DNA of 28,063 nucleotides from an uncultured Mycoplasma sp. (GCA_905209745.1 CAJLUG010000001.1:1-28063), one strand, 5' to 3'; shown: positions 9,787 to 17,648, counted from the first letter of the stretch. The notes: generated by a model not told the origin, from the letters alone. Program-made: numbers and translations.

Positions 9787-10413
9787 TTAGCTAGCTTCAG
9801 AATCTTTATTCTTTTTATGAAGTTCAGTTTCAGTATCAATCATAATACCAATAACTTGCTGACTATCACTAGCAACATCAGCATGAGCTTTAACTAAAGC
9901 ATCAATGAATAAATCATCTGTATATCTATATTCTCTACGAAGACCACCATCAGCAGTAACTCTAAACTTATTCCATAAGAAATCAACATAAGCACCTTTA
10001 GAATTACATATTCTTCCATCATCTTCAAGAGTATGAAGAATATTAAGAGAAGTATGACGTCTAAATGCAGCATTGAATTTAACAATACAAACTACATCAA
10101 GAATATGTTGAGGAACATTAATTCCAACAGGAACACCACGTTTATCAGTCTTAGCATCTTTAAAATCATTATCTTCATTAGCTTGACTAACAACAGTAGT
10201 TTGTTCTTCCTGTTTACGAACTTTACTTTGTTTCTTCTTCCTAGCTTTATTCTTAGGCTGAACAGTTTCACTACTAACAACAGCATTAATTTGTGTATCT
10301 TCTTCAGGAACAACAAGTTTACCTTCTTGTTTAGCTTCTTCTAAACTTTCAGCCATAGTTTTCTTTCTAGGCTTAGATTGAACATTACTAGTAACATTAT
10401 CAAAATTTACCAT
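9787..10413 (-). CDS. hypothetical protein
   Basis: 208 aa, disordered charged N-terminal half. Preceded by a consensus Bacteroidota promoter. Confidence 0.85.
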   Translation of the reverse strand: MVNFDNVTSNVQSKPRKKTMAESLEEAKQEGKLVVPEEDTQINAVVSSETVQPKNKARKKKQSKVRKQEEQTTVVSQANEDNDFKDAKTDKRGVPVGINVPQHILDVVCIVKFNAAFRRHTSLNILHTLEDDGRICNSKGAYVDFLWNKFRVTADGGLRREYRYTDDLFIDALVKAHADVASDSQQVIGIMIDTETELHKKNKDSEAS

Positions 10414-10477
10414 AACACTTATAAGTTTAAGATTAATATTATTATCAGTAGCAATATTACTCTACTGAACAACACGA

Positions 10478-10508
10478 CAAATATAATAATTAAATATAAT
10501 ACTCCAAA
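10478..10508 (-). promoter_or_regulatory. Bacteroidota primary-sigma promoter (-33/-7)
   Basis: Minus strand TTTG-N19-TATATTTG matches TTTG-N19-21-TAnnTTTG, about 65 bp upstream of the ATG at 10413. Confidence 0.7.
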
Positions 10509-10554
10509 TATATTATAATTTATTTATACTATAATTCTAACTAATAATCAATAG

Positions 10555-10731
10555 CTATATTAAAATAACTAAAATAGTTATAGCAATAGGAATTAACTTA
10601 CCACGAGTATAATAAATATCAATAGTATCAAGAGTATCATTAGTATAAAGAGAATCAGTAATATCAAGAATATCAAGAACATCATTAGTAATACCACCAG
10701 TAATATTAGCATGACTAGTATTAATAGTCAT
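10555..10731 (-). CDS. putative small protein with C-terminal hydrophobic tail
   Basis: Not in the track. MTINTSHANITGGITNDVLDILDITDSLYTNDTLDTIDIYYTRGKLIPIAITILVILI* (58 aa), strong NNT codon bias, but in a low-complexity region. Confidence 0.4.
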   Translation of the reverse strand: MTINTSHANITGGITNDVLDILDITDSLYTNDTLDTIDIYYTRGKLIPIAITILVILI

Positions 10732-10776
10732 TATAATACTGATAGTATTAATAGTGCTATTATTAACTAGAACTAA

Positions 10777-11472
10777 TGCTATTGGTAATTATGACTAGAA
10801 GTCTTATTAGACTTGATAGTATTGTTAGAGCTAGTCTTAATGACGATTGTATGACTAATAGTCATGACGAACATCAATGAGATGATAATGACGATACTAT
10901 GACTGAAACTGATAGTGATATAACTAGAGGTTATAGAGGTTATAATGAAAGGTTATAGAGAGTATAACTAGAGGTTATAATGCTGGAACTAGAGATTATG
11001 ATAGTATAACGAGAAGTTATAGGAGAGAAAGAGAAGGAGTTGGAGCAATAGGTTTAGATTGATTATTAGGAGTGTTATTAGGAGGATGAAGAGGATTAGG
11101 AAGAATACCAGCAGGACTAGTCTCTTCAGCATGACCATCTCGACCCTTATCTCCACATTTACCACTACCACAATCATTCTCATCTCCACCATCAACCTCA
11201 ATTTAACCCTATTTGAACCACATCCAACTCCACCATCTCATTCTCCACGAAATCCACATTCACCACTTTCATCTCCATATCCTCTTTCTCCACATTCAAT
11301 ACCTCTCGTCACATCTAATTTCACTTCTATAACTTTTTGTTATGAGAGTAAATCTCCATGACCAATATCAGTATCAATACCAGTCACGACAGTCATACCA
11401 ACATCATCTTGTTTCACAAGATGAGTTGTTGTAAGTTCACTAACATAACTAGTCTTATCATTACCAATAGCA
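10777..11472. repeat. Low-complexity region forming a long degenerate inverted repeat
   Basis: Purine-rich left half and pyrimidine-rich right half with nested complementary blocks (see findings). Confidence 0.65.
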
Positions 11473-11580
11473 ATATCAGTATAAATATCTTTCGCTGATT
11501 CTAGGGTATAATATATATATATAATATACTTCGTATATAATATATATTATAAGAAAAAAATTTACATGGCATTTATCTAG

Positions 11581-11889
11581 TTAATCAGCTTTAGTTTCAT
11601 CATTACATTCGCTATCGTTATAATCTCGACCAAATATACCACATTCGTAATCATCAAGACTATTATTAATAATACGAGCGATACTTTTTAATTTACCAGC
11701 AATACCAAGTCTGCTCTTATTAACACTATCATATATTTTTGTTATATCTTCAGCATTACCATTAGTAGTAATATCAGTAATAGCAAGAAGAATATCATCA
11801 TTAGTAGGATGAAGATTAATAAGTTCAATAGAAGTAATAGAATTATCATTCTCAACTTCAATAGTAGTAATAATACGATGTACTTTCAT
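11581..11889 (-). CDS. hypothetical protein
   Basis: 102 aa, acidic. Downstream of a copy of the 20-bp motif. Confidence 0.7.
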   Translation of the reverse strand: MKVHRIITTIEVENDNSITSIELINLHPTNDDILLAITDITTNGNAEDITKIYDSVNKSRLGIAGKLKSIARIINNSLDDYECGIFGRDYNDSECNDETKAD

Positions 11890-11981
11890 GATGTTTAATA
11901 TTAGGACAAGACTTATCAGAACTTACAGCTAGGTCTTGATTGACAAGTCTTATCAGACTGTTAAGTTCGTTTGCTGCAATC

Positions 11982-12001
11982 TATTTAATGTTGATAATGA
12001 G
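11982..12001 (-). promoter_or_regulatory. Putative phage promoter/operator, copy 3
   Basis: Minus strand CTCATTATCAACATTAAATA, identical at 12912-12931 and 13157-13176. Confidence 0.6.
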
Positions 12002-12093
12002 CATTTCGAGGTTGAACACTAGCAACAGCATCAGCAAAACTATTGTTGATAACACAAACGCTACCAACCCGAAGGTCAGTAGCGTCATGTTCA

Positions 12094-12843
12094 TTAGAAT
12101 GGCAAATCGTCATCACTCATTGCAGTAGAAACAAAACTAGCCGCTTTAGCTTTAGCCTCACGCTTGGCAGCAATGGCAGCACGAGTGTCCTCCATAATCT
12201 GCTTAATAAGTACATTATATGCACCAACAAGAACAGGGTCAGCAGGCTGTTCGATACCTACAATATGATATACATATCGGTCATAATCCACAACATTGTA
12301 AAGATTATCTTTACGAGTAAACGGATTACGGTCTTGTACACCAGCAGGTACAAACTGGCAAAGAACTTTAACAGCAACACCAGTCAGATACATACTAGCA
12401 AAGCCAGCTTCAGCAGCCTCGCCAACATAGTTGACAAATCTACCGTAGAACTTGTCTTTGCGCATTACAAGCAGTATCTGATTGAATGGCATCTGAACAG
12501 CACCAAGCATACCCATTCGATGTGTACCATCAGGCATACTTTGAGCACCTTTGACAGGACTAGCAATAGTAACAAACGCATTGAGATAAGATTTGCCATT
12601 ACGACCTGTACGTTCTTGACAATCAATATTAGTAATGACAGTAGTCATTACATAACTATGACCATCAGTACAAATGCGTCTAACAACATCATCAATGGTT
12701 TCTACTTGCGCAGAACTTTGGTTATCTGTATCAACAGTAGGTTGAACAGGTTGGTTAACACTAGTAGTTTGTTCAACTACATTAACACTCTCAGGAGCAG
12801 CAGCACCTTGTGCAGCTTGTGCTAAATCTTTAACGTCTGGCAT
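12094..12843 (-). CDS. ssb: Single-stranded DNA-binding protein
   Basis: Start taken at MPDVKDL (12843), 249 aa. The acidic-aromatic C-terminus SDDDLPF is typical of SSBs. Confidence 0.7.
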   Translation of the reverse strand: MPDVKDLAQAAQGAAAPESVNVVEQTTSVNQPVQPTVDTDNQSSAQVETIDDVVRRICTDGHSYVMTTVITNIDCQERTGRNGKSYLNAFVTIASPVKGAQSMPDGTHRMGMLGAVQMPFNQILLVMRKDKFYGRFVNYVGEAAEAGFASMYLTGVAVKVLCQFVPAGVQDRNPFTRKDNLYNVVDYDRYVYHIVGIEQPADPVLVGAYNVLIKQIMEDTRAAIAAKREAKAKAASFVSTAMSDDDLPF

Positions 12844-12911
12844 GACTATTAAGTATTTAATTACGCTAATCAGTAGCATTACTGACAGTTGTTTTCGTTT
12901 CAACTGCAAAG

Positions 12912-12931
12912 TATTTAATGTTGATAATGAG
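12912..12931 (-). promoter_or_regulatory. Putative phage promoter/operator, copy 2
   Basis: Same 20-mer, about 70 bp upstream of the ssb ATG. Confidence 0.6.
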
Positions 12932-12950
12932 CAACATCATCTAGTAGAGA

Positions 12951-13106
12951 TTAATCTCTACTAAGATAACTAACAATAGCCGATAGTATTCCAAATACAA
13001 CAGCAGTAATTTGTTCATCACTAGTTGGTTCTACTTTCAATGCTAGTATGATAGCTGGCATCATCAGTATGATTGCAATTAACAACAATGGTTTGTTTGT
13101 TTTCAT
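12951..13106 (-). CDS. small two-helix membrane protein
   Basis: Not in the track. MKTNKPLLLIAIILMMPAIILALKVEPTSDEQITAVVFGILSAIVSYLSRD* (51 aa), lying between two copies of the 20-bp motif. Confidence 0.7.
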   Translation of the reverse strand: MKTNKPLLLIAIILMMPAIILALKVEPTSDEQITAVVFGILSAIVSYLSRD

Positions 13107-13156
13107 AATGATTAGTGTTAATAGTTAGTAATGTAATGAGATGAATAATCTCAATA

Positions 13157-13176
13157 TATTTAATGTTGATAATGAG
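13157..13176 (-). promoter_or_regulatory. Putative phage promoter/operator, copy 1
   Basis: Same 20-mer, about 50 bp upstream of the ATG at 13106. Confidence 0.6.
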
Positions 13177-13445
13177 AGCGAGAACTTTACTTTCTCCTAG
13201 AACTTGACGGGGGTAGTCAAGTCCAATTTAATGACCCACCCCTTATACTCACTAGCCTTACTAACATACCAATATACACTATTTTCACTCTAATTATTAC
13301 CATTACTATCATTTTCACTATCACTCTCATTATAACTTTTCATTTCATTTTCATTATCGTTACCTTTATTACCTTCATCTTCATTATTTCCATTATCTTC
13401 GCCCTCATCTTTATAATTATCATCATTTTTATCATCGCATTTAAC

Positions 13446-14102
13446 TCAGTCCTCACCAATATCTACAACTTCAGTTGCATACAAATCTTTATTAGCAATT
13501 ACAATACCTTTATCAGTATCATTTTTAAATAAAACAAATTTATCAACTATAAGTCTATCTTTATCATCAAAAGTTTTTATTAATTTAGCTTCACTAATAA
13601 TATTAATAAGTTTGTTAACATCACCCCTAAATATGTAAATAGGATTAACAACATAAATATTTCTAATATTAGTTCTTTTAATAATATTTTCATCTTCAAG
13701 ATAAGCAATAGCATTATAATAATCTCTATAATTAGGTTTAACTAAACCATAACCTTTAATTAAATCATGAGAAATATAAATAACATTACTATTAAATTTA
13801 ATATTTTCAGCAATATAACCAATAAAAGAAATAATAACAGCATATCTATTTTTTCTTATTATATCCCAAACTCTCATACCAATAGTAACAAAATTACGTT
13901 TAATACCAACTTCTTTACTAAGATGATAACCATTATCAAATTCAGCAACTATACCAGTTCTGGTACTTTTATTATAACTAAAAGGATTAGCAACAACAAG
14001 TCTTTGTTTTTCAAATTCTTCTAAACAATCAGCATTATAACAAACATCATTAACAAGTTTATTATAAACTTTAGTAGGTTTAAAATCTTCTTTAAAAGTC
14101 AT
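13446..14102 (-). CDS. RepL-like replication protein (winged HTH)
   Basis: 218 aa. YYNAIAYLEDENIIKR...IYVVNPIYIFRG resembles the RepL-family wHTH and Y.vNP...f.G signature; adjacent to direct repeats. Confidence 0.65.
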   Translation of the reverse strand: MTFKEDFKPTKVYNKLVNDVCYNADCLEEFEKQRLVVANPFSYNKSTRTGIVAEFDNGYHLSKEVGIKRNFVTIGMRVWDIIRKNRYAVIISFIGYIAENIKFNSNVIYISHDLIKGYGLVKPNYRDYYNAIAYLEDENIIKRTNIRNIYVVNPIYIFRGDVNKLINIISEAKLIKTFDDKDRLIVDKFVLFKNDTDKGIVIANKDLYATEVVDIGED

Positions 14103-14153
14103 AACAATAATAGTATTAAGTTTAACATAAAAATATATTACTCTAGGAAATGT

Positions 14154-14224
14154 CGAAATCTATTCCATGTATGGTATAAATATAGCAAATAAATAGCGAA
14201 ATCTATTCCATGTATGGTATAAAT
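14154..14224. repeat. Perfect 28-bp direct repeat x2 (iteron/operator-like)
   Basis: CGAAATCTATTCCATGTATGGTATAAAT at 14154-14181 and 14197-14224. Confidence 0.9.
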
Positions 14225-14361
14225 TAGTATTTATAACTTATTGATAATCAAGTAATTATAAGTTAGCAATAGTATCTATATAGATATATTATATATAATA
14301 TTTAATATAATCAGCATTAATAGATTCACTGTGACCCGCTCCGAGCTTCGCTCTCCGCTCA

Positions 14362-14498
14362 ACTCCCCGTGGAGGATGAATATAATCAGTATCAATCACA
14401 TCAAGTTAATCAATACTATAATCAATATCATTATCTCTATTAATATTATTACTGCTAATATGATTAAATCTAACTCATCTTCATCCTCCACGGGGAGT
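14362..14498. repeat. Perfect 19-bp inverted repeat with 99-bp spacer
   Basis: ACTCCCCGTGGAGGATGAA (14362-14380) and TTCATCCTCCACGGGGAGT (14480-14498); both are copies of the dispersed motif. Confidence 0.9.
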
Positions 14499-14560
14499 AT
14501 GACTTGCATATTTATAATCGTATAATCCTCTACGATTGAAATGTTAAAAATAGTTTTTCT

Positions 14561-14591
14561 CTTGGTAGATTCATTCAAACTCTTACATTTG
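14561..14591 (+). promoter_or_regulatory. Bacteroidota primary-sigma promoter for the rightward block
   Basis: CTTG-N19-TACATTTG, 17 bp upstream of the ATG at 14609. Confidence 0.55.
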
Positions 14592-14608
14592 CTAAAAACA
14601 ATTAAGTT

Positions 14609-14749
14609 ATGGGTAAAGATAAAAGTGAAACTAAACCTAAATACACTAGAGAATTTCATAGTGGTGAAAGGAATAAAAAAGAAGTTAAAGTTCCAAGTAA
14701 ACTTAAACTTGGAAATATTGGTATTGATAGTATTATTAAAACTAAATAA
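14609..14749 (+). CDS. small basic protein
   Basis: Not in the track. MGKDKSETKPKYTREFHSGERNKKEVKVPSKLKLGNIGIDSIIKTK* (46 aa), ending 9 bp before the next ATG. Confidence 0.7.
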   Translation: MGKDKSETKPKYTREFHSGERNKKEVKVPSKLKLGNIGIDSIIKTK

Positions 14750-14758
14750 TTTAGTGTT

Positions 14759-15298
14759 ATGATTAAAGTTGAAAGTAAATTTAAAGATTTTGGTATTCAA
14801 ATACCTACTGACATTAGCGAAATAACAAGTGAAGCACTTGACGCTATTCTTACTAATGTAGTTGTTGCTAAACATTATTGTGTTGTTGCTCTTTGCCAAA
14901 ATGAAAGTTTGTTTGGTGTTATTAATAATAAAGTAAGTACAGTTGAGGTTATGCCAATTATTGCTAAAATTAGTAAAGAAGATGCTGAACTTATTGGTAT
15001 GAACCAAATGGATAAGATTATTATTGACCGTTCTACTCTTGAACGTGGTTATCATCTTTATCTTAAACATAATGTTCTTAGTCCTCAATTTGTTAATAAG
15101 TATATTACTAATGATACTGAACTAACTCGTTCTATTACTGTTGGTACTTTTGGACAAAATCAAGGATATAAAAAAGGACAAAAAGTTTGGTTTGTTGAAT
15201 TTAAAGTTATAGCTATTAATGATTTAAGAGCTGCTATTACTGATAAACATAAAGCTATTAATCCTTTTGTTTATCATTCTGCTGAAAAAGCTAATTAG
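14759..15298 (+). CDS. hypothetical protein
   Basis: 179 aa, phage-like codon usage. Confidence 0.85.
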   Translation: MIKVESKFKDFGIQIPTDISEITSEALDAILTNVVVAKHYCVVALCQNESLFGVINNKVSTVEVMPIIAKISKEDAELIGMNQMDKIIIDRSTLERGYHLYLKHNVLSPQFVNKYITNDTELTRSITVGTFGQNQGYKKGQKVWFVEFKVIAINDLRAAITDKHKAINPFVYHSAEKAN

Positions 15299-15415
15299 CC
15301 ATTTCGTCTAAATAATCGAACTCTTCTTAAAACTACTTATGTATAATTTAAAATTATAGGTACTTGTGTTCTTGTTTATAGTAGTAATCTAAGAAGAGTT
15401 CTTAAACTTTCAATT

Positions 15416-15982
15416 ATGGATTTTAAGACTAATACTAGTTTTAATATTGCTAATACTAGTTCTCATGAAGATTTTGATGATGATTATATTCTTATCTATA
15501 AAGATATAAATAATATATTAGATGATATTGGATTTCAAGGTGATGATAGAATACTTTGTAAATCTATTATTGAAAGTCTTGAAAAAGAAGCTAGTATTAA
15601 TATACGAAAAGATAAATGTGTTGCTATTCCTCATATTGGTACTATTCAAAAGAATTGGTATCGTTCCAAACTTATTAGTCATTATAAAGACTTTAAAGAA
15701 GCTAGAAAAACTATGACTAGAGAAGAGTATAAAGAATATACTGCTAAAGTTATGGAAGAAGAAAAGCAAAAACATTATGAAGAAGAAGAAAAGATTAAGA
15801 CTGAACTTAAGTTTAAAAAGAAACTTCTTCCTATTTGGATTAAACTAAGTAAAAAACATAGTGCTGCTTATGCTAATCTTTGGCTATATGCTATGGGTAA
15901 ACTTGAAATTATTGAATTTGATGAAGAAGTAGAAGAAATATATGAACGGTTTGGAATTGGATTGGATGCTGACCATAGATGA
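15416..15982 (+). CDS. HU/IHF-like DNA-binding protein (divergent)
   Basis: 188 aa. Two helices then KCVAIPHIGTIQK, reminiscent of the HU/IHF V.i.gfG.f strand. Confidence 0.4.
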   Translation: MDFKTNTSFNIANTSSHEDFDDDYILIYKDINNILDDIGFQGDDRILCKSIIESLEKEASINIRKDKCVAIPHIGTIQKNWYRSKLISHYKDFKEARKTMTREEYKEYTAKVMEEEKQKHYEEEEKIKTELKFKKKLLPIWIKLSKKHSAAYANLWLYAMGKLEIIEFDEEVEEIYERFGIGLDADHR

Positions 15983-16541
15983 AACTGGTATGCCAAAAGC
16001 TCCTACACTTAAACAACTTCTTGATAGAGATGTTAGTCTTCTTTATACTAGAGATAAATCTCCTAATAAAGAGATGTATGTTAAAGAAGTTGGAGTTATT
16101 TATTATCTTGGTGACCCTAAAGGTCCGTGTCTACAAGAAGGTCTTAGTGAAAAAGAAGCTCTTAAGAAAGCTATTGAAAATTTTGATTTACCTAAAAATT
16201 ATCAACCTGATATTCTTGTTTGGAAACTTATTAAAAGATATTATAATCAAAAAGCTGGTGCAGGTATGGAAGCTGTACTTAATATTAAGCGTGGTATTCA
16301 TAATGTTGCTCTAGCTGCTAACAAGTTAAATGAATTGTTGAATGACAAATTATCTGATGGTGCTAGTCTAGAAGATGTTCCAGTTGTTATTGGTTATATG
16401 AAACAAATTAATGATTTAGCTAATCAGTTTCCAAACACGATTAAAGCTCTTAATGTAGCTGAAGAAAATCTTCTGTATGAACAAGAGAATGTTGCTGGTA
16501 GAGGTGGTGTTGAAATTACTAGTAGTATGATTGAAGAATAA
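15942..16541 (+). CDS. conserved hypothetical protein (small terminase subunit is one possibility)
   Basis: 199 aa, helical, ending AGRGGVEITSSMIEE; upstream of the packaging genes. Function not established. Confidence 0.75.
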   Translation: MNGLELDWMLTIDETGMPKAPTLKQLLDRDVSLLYTRDKSPNKEMYVKEVGVIYYLGDPKGPCLQEGLSEKEALKKAIENFDLPKNYQPDILVWKLIKRYYNQKAGAGMEAVLNIKRGIHNVALAANKLNELLNDKLSDGASLEDVPVVIGYMKQINDLANQFPNTIKALNVAEENLLYEQENVAGRGGVEITSSMIEE

Positions 16542-16640
16542 GCTGATGCTAATCTACTCCATCCTCCACGGGGAGTCTAGCGTAGGCACGTAGTGCCGAA
16601 GCGGGTCCAAACTAGTGTTGAACTTAATGGTATTAATAAT

Positions 16641-17648
16641 ATGGAACTTAGAGATAAAAGATATAATGATATTAGACTTATTTTTCATGAAGAAGAACAT
16701 AAATATAATGATAGTCTAGGTAATGATTATATTTCAACTACTACTATCCTTCATAATTATGCTCCAAAGTTCGATAAGAACTATTGGTTGAGAAAGAAGT
16801 CTAAAGAACTAGGAATAAGTGAGAAGAAACTAGAAGAACAATGGTCAACTATTACTAAAGAAGCTTGTGAACGTGGAACTAATACTCATAATGGTCTTGA
16901 AGATGGTGTTAAAGGAGCATCTATGTTTCAACAAGCTATTAATTATCTTGATAAACGTGAAGATGGTGTAATGGTTACTATTGCTGATATTCCAAATTTT
17001 GGTGCTAATTATAAACTTCTTAATCTTAAAGATTTTATTGAACTTACAGATAATCGTTATCCTCTTATTTATGATGCGTTTAAAATGTACACTGAAAGAG
17101 GATATAAGATTTATAGTGAGATTGGTATGTTTCTTATAGATTGGTTAATTAGTGGAACTATTGATATTCTTCTAGTTAATGAAGATACTAATTGTGCTGT
17201 TGTAGGTGATTGGAAAACAAATCGTGGTGGATTAAAATTTAGTAGTGGTTATTATAAGAAAGATAAAACAGTTAAACCTGCACAACAAACTAATGTTTGG
17301 GTTGATAAAGATGAACGACTTTTAGCTCCTCTTAATCATCTTCCTAATTGTAATGGTGCTATATATAATCTTCAACTTAGTATGTATGCTTTTGCTGTTG
17401 AATATATACTTGGTTTAACTATTAAAGGTATTTGGTTATGTCATATTGATAGTGATTTTGAACTTAATGAATATGGTATGCCAAAAAGATTTTCTGATGG
17501 TCTTTATCATATTAAAGAAAATCCTATTGAAACTACTAAATTCTTTACTATGAATTATCTACGTGATGATATTAATAAAGTTCTTAAAGATAGAGAATTA
17601 CAAATTAAAGCTAGTGGTGTTCAAACTCAATTTAAACTTGCTATATGA
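16641..17648 (+). CDS. PD-(D/E)XK family nuclease
   Basis: Start taken at MELRDK (16641), 335 aa. ERGTNTH, YSE, SGTIDIL, GDWKT, YNLQLSMY. Confidence 0.85.
   Translation: MELRDKRYNDIRLIFHEEEHKYNDSLGNDYISTTTILHNYAPKFDKNYWLRKKSKELGISEKKLEEQWSTITKEACERGTNTHNGLEDGVKGASMFQQAINYLDKREDGVMVTIADIPNFGANYKLLNLKDFIELTDNRYPLIYDAFKMYTERGYKIYSEIGMFLIDWLISGTIDILLVNEDTNCAVVGDWKTNRGGLKFSSGYYKKDKTVKPAQQTNVWVDKDERLLAPLNHLPNCNGAIYNLQLSMYAFAVEYILGLTIKGIWLCHIDSDFELNEYGMPKRFSDGLYHIKENPIETTKFFTMNYLRDDINKVLKDRELQIKASGVQTQFKLAI

Noticed and set aside
11081..11090. GGAGGATGAA as another copy of the dispersed motif
   Set aside because: Lacks the CCCCGT half and lies in a GA-rich tract where it is expected by chance.
10989..11361. 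ORFs 10989-11201 (-) and 11059-11361 (+) as proteins
   Set aside because: TTG starts and compositions that simply mirror the purine/pyrimidine skew of the repeat region.
14331..14525. 64-aa ORF across the inverted repeat, or the repeat pair as a MITE
   Set aside because: Low-complexity I/N translation. No target-site duplication, the spacers of the two pairs are unrelated, most motif copies are solo, and no transposase is present.
9622..16640. Long N-terminal extensions in the track (starts at 9759, 12909, 16593; also 7494 and 8548)
   Set aside because: They run through repeats, hairpins or upstream genes. Downstream ATGs with AT-rich leaders fit better.
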